From: Eledone cirrhosa
Taxonomy: Eukaryota
Assembly (NCBI GenBank): GCA_964016885.1
Contig: OZ024743.1
Location: 197,470,001 to 197,534,000 of the forward strand
Reading direction: 5' to 3'
DNA length: 64,000 nt
Part shown: positions 13,014 through 27,834 of the stretch, in pieces
How the letters are laid out: every line of letters begins with the position of its first letter
Position numbering within the stretch: the first letter of the stretch is position 1
The notes under the pieces: model-generated
Seen by the model: only the letters and a program-made list of their open reading frames with translations
Told to the model about the DNA's origin: nothing
Database searches by the model: none
Made by a program: the position numbers and the translations under genes

Positions 13014-16000
13014 TTGGGTCATGATTGGCCATGTGTCTTGCACACGTTAGTGACTAACAGGCTATGGGCTTACTTGGGTCATGATTGGACATGTGTCTTG
13101 CACACGTTACTGACTAACTGGATAGGGGCATATTTGGGTCATGATTGGCCATGTGTCTTGCACACGTTACTGACTAACTGGATATGGGCATATTTGGGTC
13201 ATGATTGGCCATGTGTCTTGCACACGTTACTGACTAACTGGATATGGGCATATTTGGGTCATGATTTGCCATGTGTCTTGCACACGTTACTGACTAACTG
13301 GATATGGGTTTATTTGGGTCATGGTTGGACATGTGTCTTGCACACGTTACTGACTAACTGGATATGGGCATATTTGGGTCATGGTTAGACATGTGTCTTG
13401 CACACGTTACTGACTAACTGGATATGGGTTTATTTGGGTCATGGTTGGACATGTGTCTTGCACACGTTACTGACTAACTGGATATGGGCTTATTTGGGTC
13501 ATGAGTGGCCATGTGTCTTGCACACGTTACTGACTAACTGGATATGGGCTTATTTGGGTCACGATTGGCCATGAGTCTTGCACACGTTACTGACTAACTG
13601 GATATGGGCTTATTTGGGTCATGGTTGGACATGAGTCTTGCACACGTTACTCACTAACTGGGTATGGGCTTATTTGGGTCATGATTGGCCATGTGTTTGT
13701 ACACGTTACTGACTAACTGGATAGGGGCATATTTGTGTCATGGTTGGTCATGAGTCTTGCACACGTTACTGACTAACTGGATATGGGCTTATTTGGGTCA
13801 TGATTGGCCATGTGTCTTGCACACGTTACTGACTAACTGGATATGGGCTTATTTGGGTCATGATTGGCCATGTGTCTTGCACACGTTACTGACTAACTGG
13901 ATATGGGCATATTTGGGACATGATTGGCCATGTGTCTTGCACACGTTACTGACTAACTGGATATGGGTTTATTTGGGTCATGATTGGCCATGTGTCTTGC
14001 ACACGTTATTGACTAACTGGATATGGGCATATTTGGGTCATGGTTAGACATGTGTCTTGCACACGTTACTGACTAACTGGATATGGGCTTATTTGGGTCA
14101 TGGTTGGACATGTGTCTTGCACACGTTACTGACTAACTGGATATGGGCATATTTGGGTCATGATTGGCCATGTGTCTTGCACACGTTACTGACTAACTGG
14201 ATATGGGCTTATTTGGGTCATGGTTGGACATGAGTCTTGCACACGTTACTGACTAAATGGATATGGGCTTATTTGGGTCATGATTGGTCATGTGTCTTGC
14301 ACACGTTACTGACTAACTGGATATGGGTTTATTTGGGTCATGGTTGGACATGAGTCTTGCACACGTTACTGACTAACTGGAGATGGACTTATTTGGGTCA
14401 TGGTTGGACATGAGTCTTGCACACGTTACTGACTAACTGGATATGGGCTTATTTGGGTCATGATTGGCCTTGTGTCTTGCACACGTTACTGACTAACTGG
14501 ATATGGGCTTATTTGGATCATGGTTGTTGGACATGAGTCTTGCACACGTTACTGACTAACTGGATATGGGCTTATTTGGGTCACGATTGGCCATGTGTCT
14601 TGCACACGTTACTGACTAACTGGATATGGGCTTATTTGGGTAATGGTTGGACATGAGTCTTGCACACATTATTGACTAACTGGATATGGGCTTATTTGGG
14701 TCATGATTGGCCATGTGTCTTGCACACGTTACTGACTAACTGGATATGGGCTTATTTGGGTCACGATTGGCCATGTGTCTTGCACACGTTACTGACTAAC
14801 TGGATATGGGCTTATTTGGGTCATGGTTGGACATGAGTCTTGTACACGTTACTGACTAACTGGGTATGGGCTTATTTGGGTCATGATTGGCCATGTGTCT
14901 TGTACACATTACTGACTAACTGGATAGGGGCATATTTGGGTCATGATTGGCCATGTGTCTTGCACACGTTACTGATTAACTGGATATGGGCTTATTTGTG
15001 TCATGGTAGGACATGAGTCTTGCACACGTTATTGACTAACTGGATATGGGCTTATTTGGGTCATGATTGGCCATGTGTCTTGCACACGTTACTGACTAAC
15101 TGGATATGGGCTTATTTGGGTCATGATTGGCCATGTGTCTTGCACACTTTACTGACTAACTGGATATGGGCTTATTTGGGTCACGATTGGCCATGTGTCT
15201 TGCACACGTTACTGACTAACTGGATATGGGCTTATTTGGGTCATGGTTGGACATGAGTCTTGCACACGTTACTGAGTAACTGGGTATGGGCTTATTTGGG
15301 TCATGATTGGTCATGTGTCTTGTACACGTTACTGACTAACTGGATAGGGGCATATTTGGGTCATGATTGGCCATGTGTCTTGCACACGTTACTGACTAAC
15401 TGGATATGGGCATATTTGGGTCATGATTGGCCATGTGTCTTGCACACGTTACTGACTAACTGGATATGGGCTTATTTGGGTCATGGTTGGACATGAGTCT
15501 TGCACATGTTACTGACTAACTGGATATGGGCTTATTTGGGTCATGATTGGTCATGTGTCTTGCACACGTTACTGACTAACTGGATATGGGTTTATTTGGG
15601 TCATGGTTGGACATGAGTCTTGCACACGTTACTGACTAACTGGAGATGGACTTATTTGGGTCATGGTTGGACATGAGTCTTGCACACGTTACTGACTAAC
15701 TGGATATGGGCTTATTTGGGTCATGATTGGCCTTGTGTCTTGCACACGTTACTGACTAACTGGATATGGGCTTATTTGGGTCATGGTTGTTGGACATGAG
15801 TCTTGCACACGTTACTGACTAACTGGATATGGGCTTATTTGGGTCACGATTGGCCATGTGTCTTGCACACGTTACTGACTAACTGGATATGGGCTTATTT
15901 GGCTCATGGTTGGACATGAGTCTTGCACACATTACTGACTAACTGGATATGGGCTTATTTGGGTCATGATTGGCCATGTGTCTTGCACACGTTACTGACT

Positions 16001-19000
16001 AACTGGATATGGGCTTATTTGGGTCACGATTGGCCATGTGTCTTGCACACGTTACTGACTAACTGGATATGGGCATATTTGGGTCATGATTGACCTTGCG
16101 TCTTGCACACGTTACTGACTAACTGGATATGGGCTTATTTGGGTCATGATTGGCAATGTGTATTGCACACGTTACTGACTAACTGGATATGGGCATATTT
16201 GGGTCATGATTGGCCATGTGTCTTGTACACGTTACTGACTAACTGGATATGGGCTTATTTGGGTCATGATTGGCCATGTGTCTTGCACACGTTCCTGACT
16301 AACTGGATATGGGCATATTTGGGTCATGATTGGCCATGTGTCTTGTACACGTTACTGACTAACTGGATATTGGCTTATTTGGGTCATGATTGGCCATGTG
16401 TACTGTACACGTTACTGACTAACTGGCTATGGGCTTATTTGGGTCATGATTGGCCATGTGTCTTGCACACGTTACTGACTAACTGGATATGGGCATATTT
16501 GGGTCATGATTGGCCATGTGTCTTGCACACGTTACTGACTAATTGGCTATGGGCATATTTGGGTCATGATTGGCCATGTGTCTTGCACACGTTACTGACT
16601 AACTGGATATGGGCATATTTGGGTCATGATTGGCCATGTGTCTTGCACACGTTACTGACTAACAGGCTATGGGATTATTTGGGTCATGATTGGCCTTGTG
16701 TCTTGCACACGTTACTAACTGGATATGGGCATATTTGGGTCATGATTGGCCATGTGTCTTGCACTCGTTAGTGACTAACTGGATATGGCTTATTTGGGTC
16801 ATGATTGGCCATGTGTCTTGCACACGTTACTGACTAACAGGCTATGGGCATATTTGTGTGATGATTGGCCATGTGTCTTGCACACGTTACTGACTGGATA
16901 TTAGCATATTTGGGTCATGATTGGCCATGTGTCTTGCACACGTTAGTGACTAACTGGATATGGCTTTTTTGGGTCATGATTGGCCATGTGTCTTGCACAG
17001 GTTACTGCCTAACAGGCTATGGGCATATTTGTGTCATGATTGGCCATGTGTCTTGCACACGTTACTGACTGGATATGGGCATATTTGGGTCATGATTGGC
17101 CATGTGTCTTGCACACGTTAGTGACTAACTTGATATGGCTTATTTGGGTCATGATTGGCCATGTGTCTTGCACACGTTACTGACTAACAGGCTATGGGCA
17201 TATTTGGGTCATGATTGGCCTTGTGTCTTGCACACGTTACTGACTAACAGGCTATGGGCATATTTGGGTCATGATTGTCCATGTGTCTTGCACACGTTAC
17301 TGACTAACTGGATATGGGCTTATTTGGGTCATGATTGGTCATGTGTCTTGCACACGTTACTGACTAACTGGATATGGGCTTATTTGGGTCATGGTTGGAC
17401 ATGAGTCTTGCACACGTTACTGAGTAACTGGGTATGGGCTTATTTGGGTCATGATTGGTCATGTGTCTTGTACACGTTACTGACTAACTGGATAGGGGCA
17501 TATTTGGGTCATGATTGGCCATGTGTCTTGCACACGTTACTGACTAACTGGATATGGGCATATTTGGGTCATGATTGGCCATGTGTCTTGCACACGTTAC
17601 TGACTAACTGGATATGGGCTTATTTGGGTCATGGTTGGACATGAGTCTTGCACATGTTACTGACTAACTGGATATGGGCTTATTTGGGTCATGATTGGTC
17701 ATGTGTCTTGCACACGTTACTGACTAACTGGATATGGGTTTATTTGGGTCATGGTTGGACATGAGTCTTGCACACGTTACTGACTAACTGGAGATGGACT
17801 TATTTGGGTCATGGTTGGACATGAGTCTTGCACACGTTACTGACTAACTGGATATGGGCTTATTTGGGTCATGATTGGCCTTGTGTCTTGCACACGTTAC
17901 TGACTAACTGGATATGGGCTTATTTGGGTCATGGTTGTTGGACATGAGTCTTGCACACGTTACTGACTAACTGGATATGGGCTTATTTGGGTCACGATTG
18001 GCCATGTGTCTTGCACACGTTACTGACTAACTGGATATGGGCTTATTTGGCTCATGGTTGGACATGAGTCTTGCACACATTACTGACTAACTGGATATGG
18101 GCTTATTTGGGTCATGATTGGCCATGTGTCTTGCACACGTTACTGACTAACTGGATATGGGCTTATTTGGGTCACGATTGGCCATGTGTCTTGCACACGT
18201 TACTGACTAACTGGATATGGGCATATTTGGGTCATGATTGACCTTGCGTCTTGCACACGTTACTGACTAACTGGATATGGGCTTATTTGGGTCATGATTG
18301 GCAATGTGTATTGCACACGTTACTGACTAACTGGATATGGGCATATTTGGGTCATGATTGGCCATGTGTCTTGTACACGTTACTGACTAACTGGATATGG
18401 GCTTATTTGGGTCATGATTGGCCATGTGTCTTGCACACGTTCCTGACTAACTGGATATGGGCATATTTGGGTCATGATTGGCCATGTGTCTTGTACACGT
18501 TACTGACTAACTGGATATTGGCTTATTTGGGTCATGATTGGCCATGTGTACTGTACACGTTACTGACTAACTGGCTATGGGCTTATTTGGGTCATGATTG
18601 GCCATGTGTCTTGCACACGTTACTGACTAACTGGATATGGGCATATTTGGGTCATGATTGGCCATGTGTCTTGCACACGTTACTGACTAATTGGCTATGG
18701 GCATATTTGGGTCATGATTGGCCATGTGTCTTGCACACGTTACTGACTAACTGGATATGGGCATATTTGGGTCATGATTGGCCATGTGTCTTGCACACGT
18801 TACTGACTAACAGGCTATGGGATTATTTGGGTCATGATTGGCCTTGTGTCTTGCACACGTTACTAACTGGATATGGGCATATTTGGGTCATGATTGGCCA
18901 TGTGTCTTGCACTCGTTAGTGACTAACTGGATATGGCTTATTTGGGTCATGATTGGCCATGTGTCTTGCACACGTTACTGACTAACAGGCTATGGGCATA

Positions 19001-21265
19001 TTTGTGTGATGATTGGCCATGTGTCTTGCACACGTTACTGACTGGATATTAGCATATTTGGGTCATGATTGGCCATGTGTCTTGCACACGTTAGTGACTA
19101 ACTGGATATGGCTTTTTTGGGTCATGATTGGCCATGTGTCTTGCACAGGTTACTGCCTAACAGGCTATGGGCATATTTGTGTCATGATTGGCCATGTGTC
19201 TTGCACACGTTACTGACTGGATATGGGCATATTTGGGTCATGATTGGCCATGTGTCTTGCACACGTTAGTGACTAACTTGATATGGCTTATTTGGGTCAT
19301 GATTGGCCATGTGTCTTGCACACGTTACTGACTAACAGGCTATGGGCATATTTGGGTCATGATTGGCCTTGTGTCTTGCACACGTTACTGACTAACAGGC
19401 TATGGGCATATTTGGGTCATGATTGTCCATGTGTCTTGCACACGTTACTGACTAACTGGATATGGGCTTATTTGGGTCATGATTGGTCATGTGTCTTGCA
19501 CACGTTACTGACTAACTGGATATGGGCATATTTGGGTCATGATTGTCCTTGTGTCTTGCACACGTTACTGACTAACTGGCTATGGGCATATTTGGGTCAT
19601 GATTGGCCTTGTGTCTTACACACGTTACTGACTACCTGGATATGGGCTTATTTGGGTCATGATTGGCAATGTGTCTTCCACACGTTACTGACTAACTGGA
19701 TATGGGCTTATTTGGGTCATGATTGGCCATGTGTCTTGCACACGTTACTGACTAACTGGATATAGGCATATTTGGGTCATGATTGGCCTTGTGTCTTGCA
19801 CACGTTACTGACTAACTGGATATGGGCTTATTTGGGTCATGATTGGCCATGTGTCTTGCACACGTTACTGACTAACTGGATATGGGCATATTTGGGTCAT
19901 GATTGGCCATGTGTCTTGCACACGTTACTGACTAACTGGCTATGGGCATATTTGGGTCATGATTGGCCATGTGTCTTGCACACGTTACTGACTAACAGGC
20001 TATGGGATTATTTGGGTCATGATTGGCCTTGTGTCTTGCACACGTTACTGCCTAACAGGCTATGGGCATATTTGTGTCATGATTGGCCATGTGTCTTGCA
20101 CACGTTACTGACTGGATATGGGCTTATTTGGGTCATGATTGGCCATGTGTCTTGCACACGTTACTGCCTAACAGGCTATGGGCATATTTGGGTCATGATT
20201 GGCCTTGTGTCTTGCACACGTTACTGACTAACAGGCTATGGGCATATTTGGGTCATGATTGTCCATGTGTCTTGCACACGTTACTGACTAACTGGATATG
20301 GGCTTATTTGGGTCATGATTGGCCATGTGTCTTGCACACGTTACTGACTAACTGGATATGGGCATATTTGGGTCATGATTGTCCTTGTGTCTTGCACACG
20401 TTACTGACTAACTGGCTATGGGCATATTTGGGTCATGATTGGCCTTGTTTCTTACACACGTTACTGACTACCTGGATATGGGCTTATTTGGGTCATGATT
20501 GGCAATGTGTCTTGCACACGTTACTGACTAACTGGATATGGGCTTATTTGGGTCATGATTGGCCATGTGTCTTGCACACGTTACTGACTAACTGGATATA
20601 GGCATATTTGGGTCATGATTGGCCATGTGTCTTGCACACGTTACTGACTAACTGGATATGGGCTTATTTGGGTCATGATTGGCCATGTGTCTTGCACACG
20701 TTACTGACTAACTGGATATGGGCATATTTGGGTCATGATTGGCGATGTGTCTTGCACACGTTACTACCGAACTGGATATGGGCATATTTGGGTCATGATT
20801 GGCCATGTATCTTGCACACGTTACTGACTAACTGGATATGGGCTTATTTGGGTCATGATTGACCATGTGTCTTGCACACGTTACTGCCTAACTGGATATG
20901 GGCATATTTGGGTCATGATTGGCCATGTGTCTTGCACACGTTACTGACTAACTGGATATGGGCATATTTGGGTCATGATTGGCGATGTGTCTTGCACACG
21001 TTACTAACTAACTGGCTATAGGCATATTTGGGTCATGATTGGCCATGTGTCTTGCACACGTTACTGACTAACTGGATATGGGCTTATTTGGGTCATGATT
21101 GGCCATGTGTCTTGCACACATTACTAACTGGCTATGGCTTACTTGGGTCATGATTGGCCATGTGTCTTGCACACGTTACTGAATTACTGGATATGGGTTT
21201 ATTTGGGTCATGATTGGCCATGTGTCTTGCACACATTACTGAATAACTGGATATGGGCTTACTTT
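13014..21265. repeat. 60-bp tandem satellite, ~137 copies, with higher-order duplications
   Basis: Unit tttgggtcatgattggccatgtgtcttgcacacgttactgactaactggatatgggc(a/t)ta; identical ORF pairs offset by 2148 bp (15260/17408, 16103/18251, 16865/19013). Confidence 0.98.
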
Positions 21266-21312
21266 TGCAAGGGTGTTTCGTAGAAGACCGGCTGTGAAAC
21301 ATTCGTGTAAGT

Positions 21313-21630
21313 CAGCTCCAGATTTAATAGGGGGGGGGGGGGGGGGGGGTAAAGGGGAAATTGCATTGGGACCCCTGCAGTAGGGGGCTTCACCAGCGAC
21401 GGTCGTAGAATTTATTTTTGTGCTTTCAGCTAAGCCTTTTAGAATTTTTGAATTTAATACCTGTATGTATGATTTTTCAATTCCAATTACTTGCGCCAAG
21501 CAAACTTTGATATGTAAAATTTAGTGGGGTTTGCTGTGTAATCTAATTTGAGCCCCCCCCCCCCCCAAAAAAAAAAACAACAACAACCACTTGAAGTGCC
21601 ACGGGCCCCCAAGGTCTAAATGCAACCATA
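21313..21630 (+). mobile_element. hAT-type MITE
   Basis: Degenerate TIRs; flanks gtgtaagt/gtgtacat resemble an 8-bp TSD; relatives at 35797 and 46714. Confidence 0.7.
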
Positions 21631-21669
21631 GTGTACATCACCCCTCTTTATGACACCGATGTTGTCCAA

Positions 21670-22567
21670 TCTCTATATATAAAACTGTGGTTGTCTGTCT
21701 GTCTATCGATTTTTGGCACACATCTCCTCTTAGAATCTCTCACGGAATTGCACCGAAATTGCTATACTTGTACATTGAGCCCTAGCGAAGACATCGGAAA
21801 AAAAAAATTTCAAATTAACCCACCCTATGTGACGAAATCGAATATAATGTATCGATTTTTGAGCGTAAGTGATCAGTTATTTCCCTTTGTTCTGTTTACA
21901 TTGAGCGTCTTACGTAAAAAATTACGCTGGCTTTAACAGTTGTCGAGCCAGCAAAATATTGACCTGCAAAATTCATCAGTTCGAACACTAAGCTTCCGTT
22001 TTGCTTCATTTCCATTTAAAAGCATTTTAAAACAATATTTTTACTTGAAAACAAGTCTATTGAAAGACTACGTAAAACAAGCAAATATTTCGTCGTTAGG
22101 CGTGCAGACAGACAGTCGTGCAGAGAGGTGATATACGCGTGCAGACAGACAGTCGTGCAGAGAGGTGATATAGGCGTGCAGACAGACAGTCGTGCAGAGA
22201 GGTGATATAGGCGTGCAGACAGACAGTCGTGCAGAGAGGTGATATAGGCGTGCAGACAGACATAACTGATAATTTGGTTACGCTAATGTTTTTCTCTGCG
22301 TTGCAGTGTTTACATTTTCGATCTTTGTTAATAAATAACCAGTGCAGTTTCTATCCCCAGCATCCTCTTTTGTTATAACATTCGGGTTATCGTTATGTTT
22401 TCTTAACTTCATAAGGCATATTGTTGGTTGAGGGAATATTAATCAAAAACACCACATGCAAGTCTGCACAGTAGACACTACAGTTTTTAAGCCAAGAAAG
22501 AAACTTAACATTGTAACTTTAACACAGCTACTGAGCGACCCCGAGCAACGCCGGGCTTTACTGCTAG
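21670..22567 (+). mobile_element. Non-autonomous Helitron containing a 37-bp tandem repeat (22098-22261)
   Basis: 5' TC..tatatataaaa; 3' hairpin cccgagcaacgccggg then CTAG; inserted between A and T. Confidence 0.8.
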
Positions 22568-22599
22568 TCTAAAATAAGGCAAATACAGATAGTTCTTGG

Positions 22600-22780
22600 C
22601 ACCAATATCATTACAACTTACTTCTATTTCCACCCGAGTGAACTAGAGCAATATGTAAAAAGTGTCTTGCTTGAATACAACGCACCCCCACCTCACGCAC
22701 ACACTCTCACAAATCGGGAATCGAACTCACGACCATACTATTGTGAACCCAGCACTCTAACTACCAGGGCACGCGACTTC
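22600..22780 (-). mobile_element. tRNA-derived SINE, family B (CORE-like body)
   Basis: Minus strand ggtagttagagtgctgggttcac..gagttcgattccc..caagcaagacacttt..ttgctctagttcactc; relatives at 45555-45810 (-) and 58895-59030 (+). Confidence 0.7.
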
Positions 22781-23341
22781 ACATAACTAAGGCAACAAGA
22801 AAAGTTGCGAAGTTTCAAATCTTTTTCCTAGGTATTAAAACAGAAAATTGTTATAGTTTATTGTTCGTACCACGCAGAGTCCAGCGTTGAAAAAGAAATT
22901 CTACTTTAGCCTGTTCCTTGGTGCCCCAAGCACGTATTTATATTGTTTAATTGTTAAGGGTGAAAAGAAAAGTCGACCTCGGTGATATTTGAACTCGAAA
23001 CACAAAGACAAATGATTTAACATCACGTGATTTTTTTTTCTGGTGTTTTACCCATTCTGTTATTCACTACCAGCACCACCAGCAGCCTTGTTCGTCTTTG
23101 AGAGAATATAAGATTATCTCTATAGCATATATATATATATATGTGCGTGTGTAATATACACACACACATATATATATATATATGTATATATATACACACA
23201 CACAAACACACACACACACACATATATATATATATGCATACATACATACATATATATCTGTTTACTTGTTTCTCATGTTTTTTAAATATACTCAATAAAG
23301 AAACCAACAAAATCTTATGAGCATTGCTTTCTCTCTCTCTC

Positions 23342-23440
<99 letters not shown>

Positions 23441-24313
23441 CACACTTTCTGCCTGTTCTCTTTCTTTTCTTGTCACTTATAGCCTTTCCAGTCACAGGGG
23501 TATAATGAGAAGAATAGAAAAAGAGAACGAAATAAAAGAAAATGTTTGTCTGAATAGACTACATACAACTATATTAGCTGGATATTTATCAAATAAATAG
23601 AACACTTGGTATTTCGGCTGAGATCAAATGCCAACTATGTATCTCTTCATTTTCTTTTTTCTTGCCCTTCGTCTTTTTATCTCTCTTCGACTTGTCGTCA
23701 TTGTTGTTGTTGTTCTTGTTGTTATTATTTTGCTGAATTTCTCATTAAATGAAATCAGCCAATTTACGAGTGACTCTCTCTCAAAAGTGGTCCTGATTTA
23801 AAGAACCAGGACGAGAATAGGTATTTAGTTTGTCGAATTTGTGTATCAGTACCGACAAGAAACTTGAATAATCACATCAAAGTTATGCACAATAAACCCT
23901 TCACTTTCTTCAACACGAAGAAAAAGCGATTATTATTATAGTTGATGTTGTTAATGATGAAGATGATGTTGTTTGCTGATATTTGTGAAAGTATTTCTTT
24001 TTTGTCTTCTCTTTTATTTATTATTATTATTATTATTTTTTTTTATTTTATTTTTTTTTGCTTATTATTTGCCCTCCCAGCTTCTTATTCAATTTTGAAA
24101 TCTCATAAAAAAAGTGTATGAAGATTACAGAACATTTTACCGTCTGTTGTATTGGTCAATCTCGTTATTAGACTGTTTTCCTTCTAATAGAAAATATATT
24201 GTAATTAGCTTTCATTTCTATAATGTCAGTTTTCTTTGAAACATCACCCGCTTATATATTTTACATACATACATACAAACTTAAATATATACCTGATTAT
24301 ATATATACACACA

Positions 24314-24375
<62 letters not shown>

Positions 24376-24415
24376 TTATATTTTTATGCATGTCATATAT
24401 ATATATATATATATG

Positions 24416-24469
<54 letters not shown>

Positions 24470-24477
24470 GACATATA

Positions 24478-24511
<34 letters not shown>

Positions 24512-24515
24512 CGAC

Positions 24516-24580
<65 letters not shown>

Positions 24581-24666
24581 CATACATGCACACATTCATT
24601 CTTCCATCAATACATATACATACGCACATATAAATATATTTATATGTATGCATCCATACATGTCTG

Positions 24667-24761
<95 letters not shown>

Positions 24762-25039
24762 GCGCGTGTGTCTGTATGCACGCAACGCCATACCATAATA
24801 CCACAGGACATCTATCTTCTATCATCATGTTTTTTTTTTATTTGTTATTATTTAATGTAAAACTAAATGACTCATATTTAGACCAAAGCTATGTTTAGGA
24901 AACGGATTCTTTTTATCAATTGATATTAATTTTTGCATTATAAAGTACTGTAATCTCGCCCTTGACAGTTAGGCCTAGTCTTGCTCAACCTGGCCTTGCT
25001 TGGTCAATTATACGTCGAACTGAGTAGCGTAAACATACC

Positions 25040-25650
25040 ACATTGTCCGGTAACAAGATGACTCAACACTAGCAGTGGAGACTTCCTGTGTCCTTGGCTC
25101 TAAGACCACCCTCCTACTCACCACCATCAGCTTCTGGTGTCTTTGGCCCTATGCCCACCTCCCTACTCACCACCATCAGCTTCTGGTGTCTTTGGCCCTA
25201 TGCCCACCTCCCTACTCACCACCATCAGCTTCTGGTGTCTTTGGCCCTATGCCCACCTCCCTACTCACCACCATCAGCTTCTGGTGTCTTTGGCCCTATG
25301 CCCACCGCCCTACTCACCACCATCAGCTTCTGGTGTCTTTGGCCCTATGCCCACCTCCCTACTCACCGCCATTGGCACCCCGTAGCAGCAGAGACTTCTG
25401 CTGTCCTTGACCCTAGGACCACTTCCCTACACACCAGCATCGGTATGGAGTTGGCTACCCACAGGTGTGCACCTCGGGAGCTGGAATGGCTCTTTCAACG
25501 TCTCTTCCTCACAATCCTCCGGGGAAACGCCTTCTCTATTCTGTCGGTCGGGGCTGCGGAACGACCAGAGTTTGGGCCCCTATTTGCTTATAATAGTGAA
25601 AGATGGGGAGAGCGAGTTAGACAGAGGCAGTGGCAATGGGAATTTGATTC
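25040..25650 (+). mobile_element. CRE-like LINE 3' fragment with an internal 49-bp minisatellite (~25107-25370, ~5 copies)
   Basis: PVAAETSAVL..RELEWLFQRLFLTILRGNAFSIL; repeat period 49 (catcag at 25125, 25174, ...). Confidence 0.7.
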
Positions 25651-25739
25651 CATTATCTTCAGACCTAATATTATATATTTATTTACCAGACCATTTATAC
25701 CTTGGTAACTGAAGAGTTGATTTCTAAATTTGGGGGAAA

Positions 25740-26284
25740 TGTGGATTACTTCGACCCAGTACGTGACTGTGGTTATCACATCTATTCTGGAATGATGAAA
25801 GGCAAAGTTGACCTCGGAGAGATTTGAACTCAGAATGTAAAGAGCCAGAACGAATAATTCAATGGCATTTTATCTAATGCTCTACCAATTCTACCAATCC
25901 ACCACCCTTTACATGACCCAATTGTTTATTTTTAATTGAGGCACAATTACGGGCAAGAGCAATTCAATACTTGACTACTACTTTATTTAATCGACATCGA
26001 AAGGATGAAAAGCAAAGTTGACCTGGGCGGTATTTGAACACAGAATATAAACAGTCAGAGCAAATAATGGTTTCTGATTTAAGCACAAGGCCAACCATTT
26101 TTAGGGAGGGGAAAGTCAATTAAATAGACCCCAGTGCATTACTGGTACATAATTTTATCGATCGCGTAAAGATGAAAGGCAAAGTTAACCTCGGCGGGAT
26201 TTGAACTTAGAACATGAAGGGCCGTAACTCTATGCCGCAAAGCTTGTTGTTCGACACTCTACCGATATTGCCAATCCACTGCCC
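25740..26284 (-). mobile_element. Cluster of three family A SINE copies
   Basis: gatgaaaggcaaagttgacctcgg..gatttgaactcaga motif at ~25794, ~26004 and ~26171. Confidence 0.8.
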
Positions 26285-26399
26285 ATAATCTTTGGACAGT
26301 TGTACGATATTAATTCAAAAGTTATGTGTCATAGTCACTCTCAGTCAAATGAGCTGAGGCACTATTTCGAGGTCACGAATCGACGCTTTATATTTCTTT

Positions 26400-27030
26400 T
26401 TACCCATGAACAGCAAATTGCTCAAGTTACGGAGTTTGTATATCTCGGTCACAAACTATCATCAAACAACAATGGAATCGTTGCTGCGTAGTGTCGCATC
26501 GCTCTAGGTTGGGCAGCTTTCAACAAGAACAAAGAAGTACTAACATCAAAACGAGTTTCCTATCATTTGAAGGCTAAGATCTTCAATACTTACATCCTAC
26601 CAGTTGTGTTATATGGTCTTGACTATGTGTTAATTGGACGACAAGGTTACTTCAGAAGCTCTCTACATTACAGAACCACATCATGAAACTTATGACTGGC
26701 AAGCGGCTCAGCGACCGTATCTGTATCAGTGAGCTGCTCAACATTACCAGACTTAGACCAATTACATCAATTGTCAAGTCAAGAGTACTTAAACTATACG
26801 GTCATATAAAAAGATCAACTCCTGGTGTGAGTAGGTTATGCCTGGAAGGAAGGTTGGCTGGTAAGAGAAGCAGAGGCCGGCAGCCAAAACGATGGCTTGA
26901 TAACGTCAACTTATTGACTGGACTTGATCGTTGCTCTTTAAACTCTGCTGTTGGTGATCGAACTTTGTGGAGAAACATATCTCATGTTGATGCACAGTCC
27001 GCAACTGGCGGAGTTTAGCGTCACAAGAAA
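26400..27030 (+). mobile_element. RTE-like LINE 3' fragment
   Basis: VTEFVYLG, RIALGWAAF, KIFNTYILPVVLYG, LKLYGHIKR, GKRSRGRQPKRWLDNV. Confidence 0.85.
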
Positions 27031-27521
27031 TGAATAGCCAAAAGTTGCTACAACTGTTGAAGGACAAACTCGTAATACTCTATGTTCATGCATGATTGTG
27101 TTCCATGCCAGAGAGCAAAGATTGAGCCAGATTACCTTTAGAATGTTAAAGTCATAACACTAGAATGGCCAAGGTTATTCATTTCTGTGTTGTTTTAATT
27201 TCACCCTTCGTATGTATAAATTCCAAAGCAACAATCCTTCTTTCTACGTCTGGATATTTCAATATCTAGTTAGTCACACACATACACACACGCGTATATA
27301 TATATACACAGAAAACACGCAAATATACATAGACACAAACACACCCGTACGCGGATACAGTCTCACTTACCCACAATTTTACATATATACTCACTGGACA
27401 TACACACAAAACACACACAGACACACACACACACATATATATATACATATATATATATATATACATACATATTATGGTCCACCTGGTTCCTGACCACACT
27501 TCCTTCGTTATATATATATAA

Positions 27522-27579
<58 letters not shown>

Positions 27580-27650
27580 CATATATCTGTGTGAGTGTGT
27601 GTGTGTGTGTGTGTTTGTGTGTTCTGTATATATATATATATATATATATA

Positions 27651-27834
27651 GTTTTAGTATAGATGAGATTCTACAGGACTAGAACTGTTTCATTCTTTAG
27701 AAATCATTGATGATTTCTAAAGAATGAAACAGTTCTAGTCCTGTAGAATCACATCTATACAAAAACTTTTATACTCTGCTATGTATTGAGTACCTTACTT
27801 ACTGTGGTTACCTCCGATTCAACCCGGAATAACT
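27651..27834 (+). mobile_element. Fold-back remnant (palindrome 27651-27766 plus tail) with hammerhead truncated at the core
   Basis: ..aaatca-t-tgatgatttctaaagaatgaaacag..ctgtagaatc; same family as 6818 and 33205. Confidence 0.8.

Noticed and set aside
13014-21265. CRISPR array or repetitive protein (HTLLTNWIWAYLGHDWPCVL)n
   Set aside because: Units are contiguous with no unique spacers or cas genes; many stops and frameshifting indels
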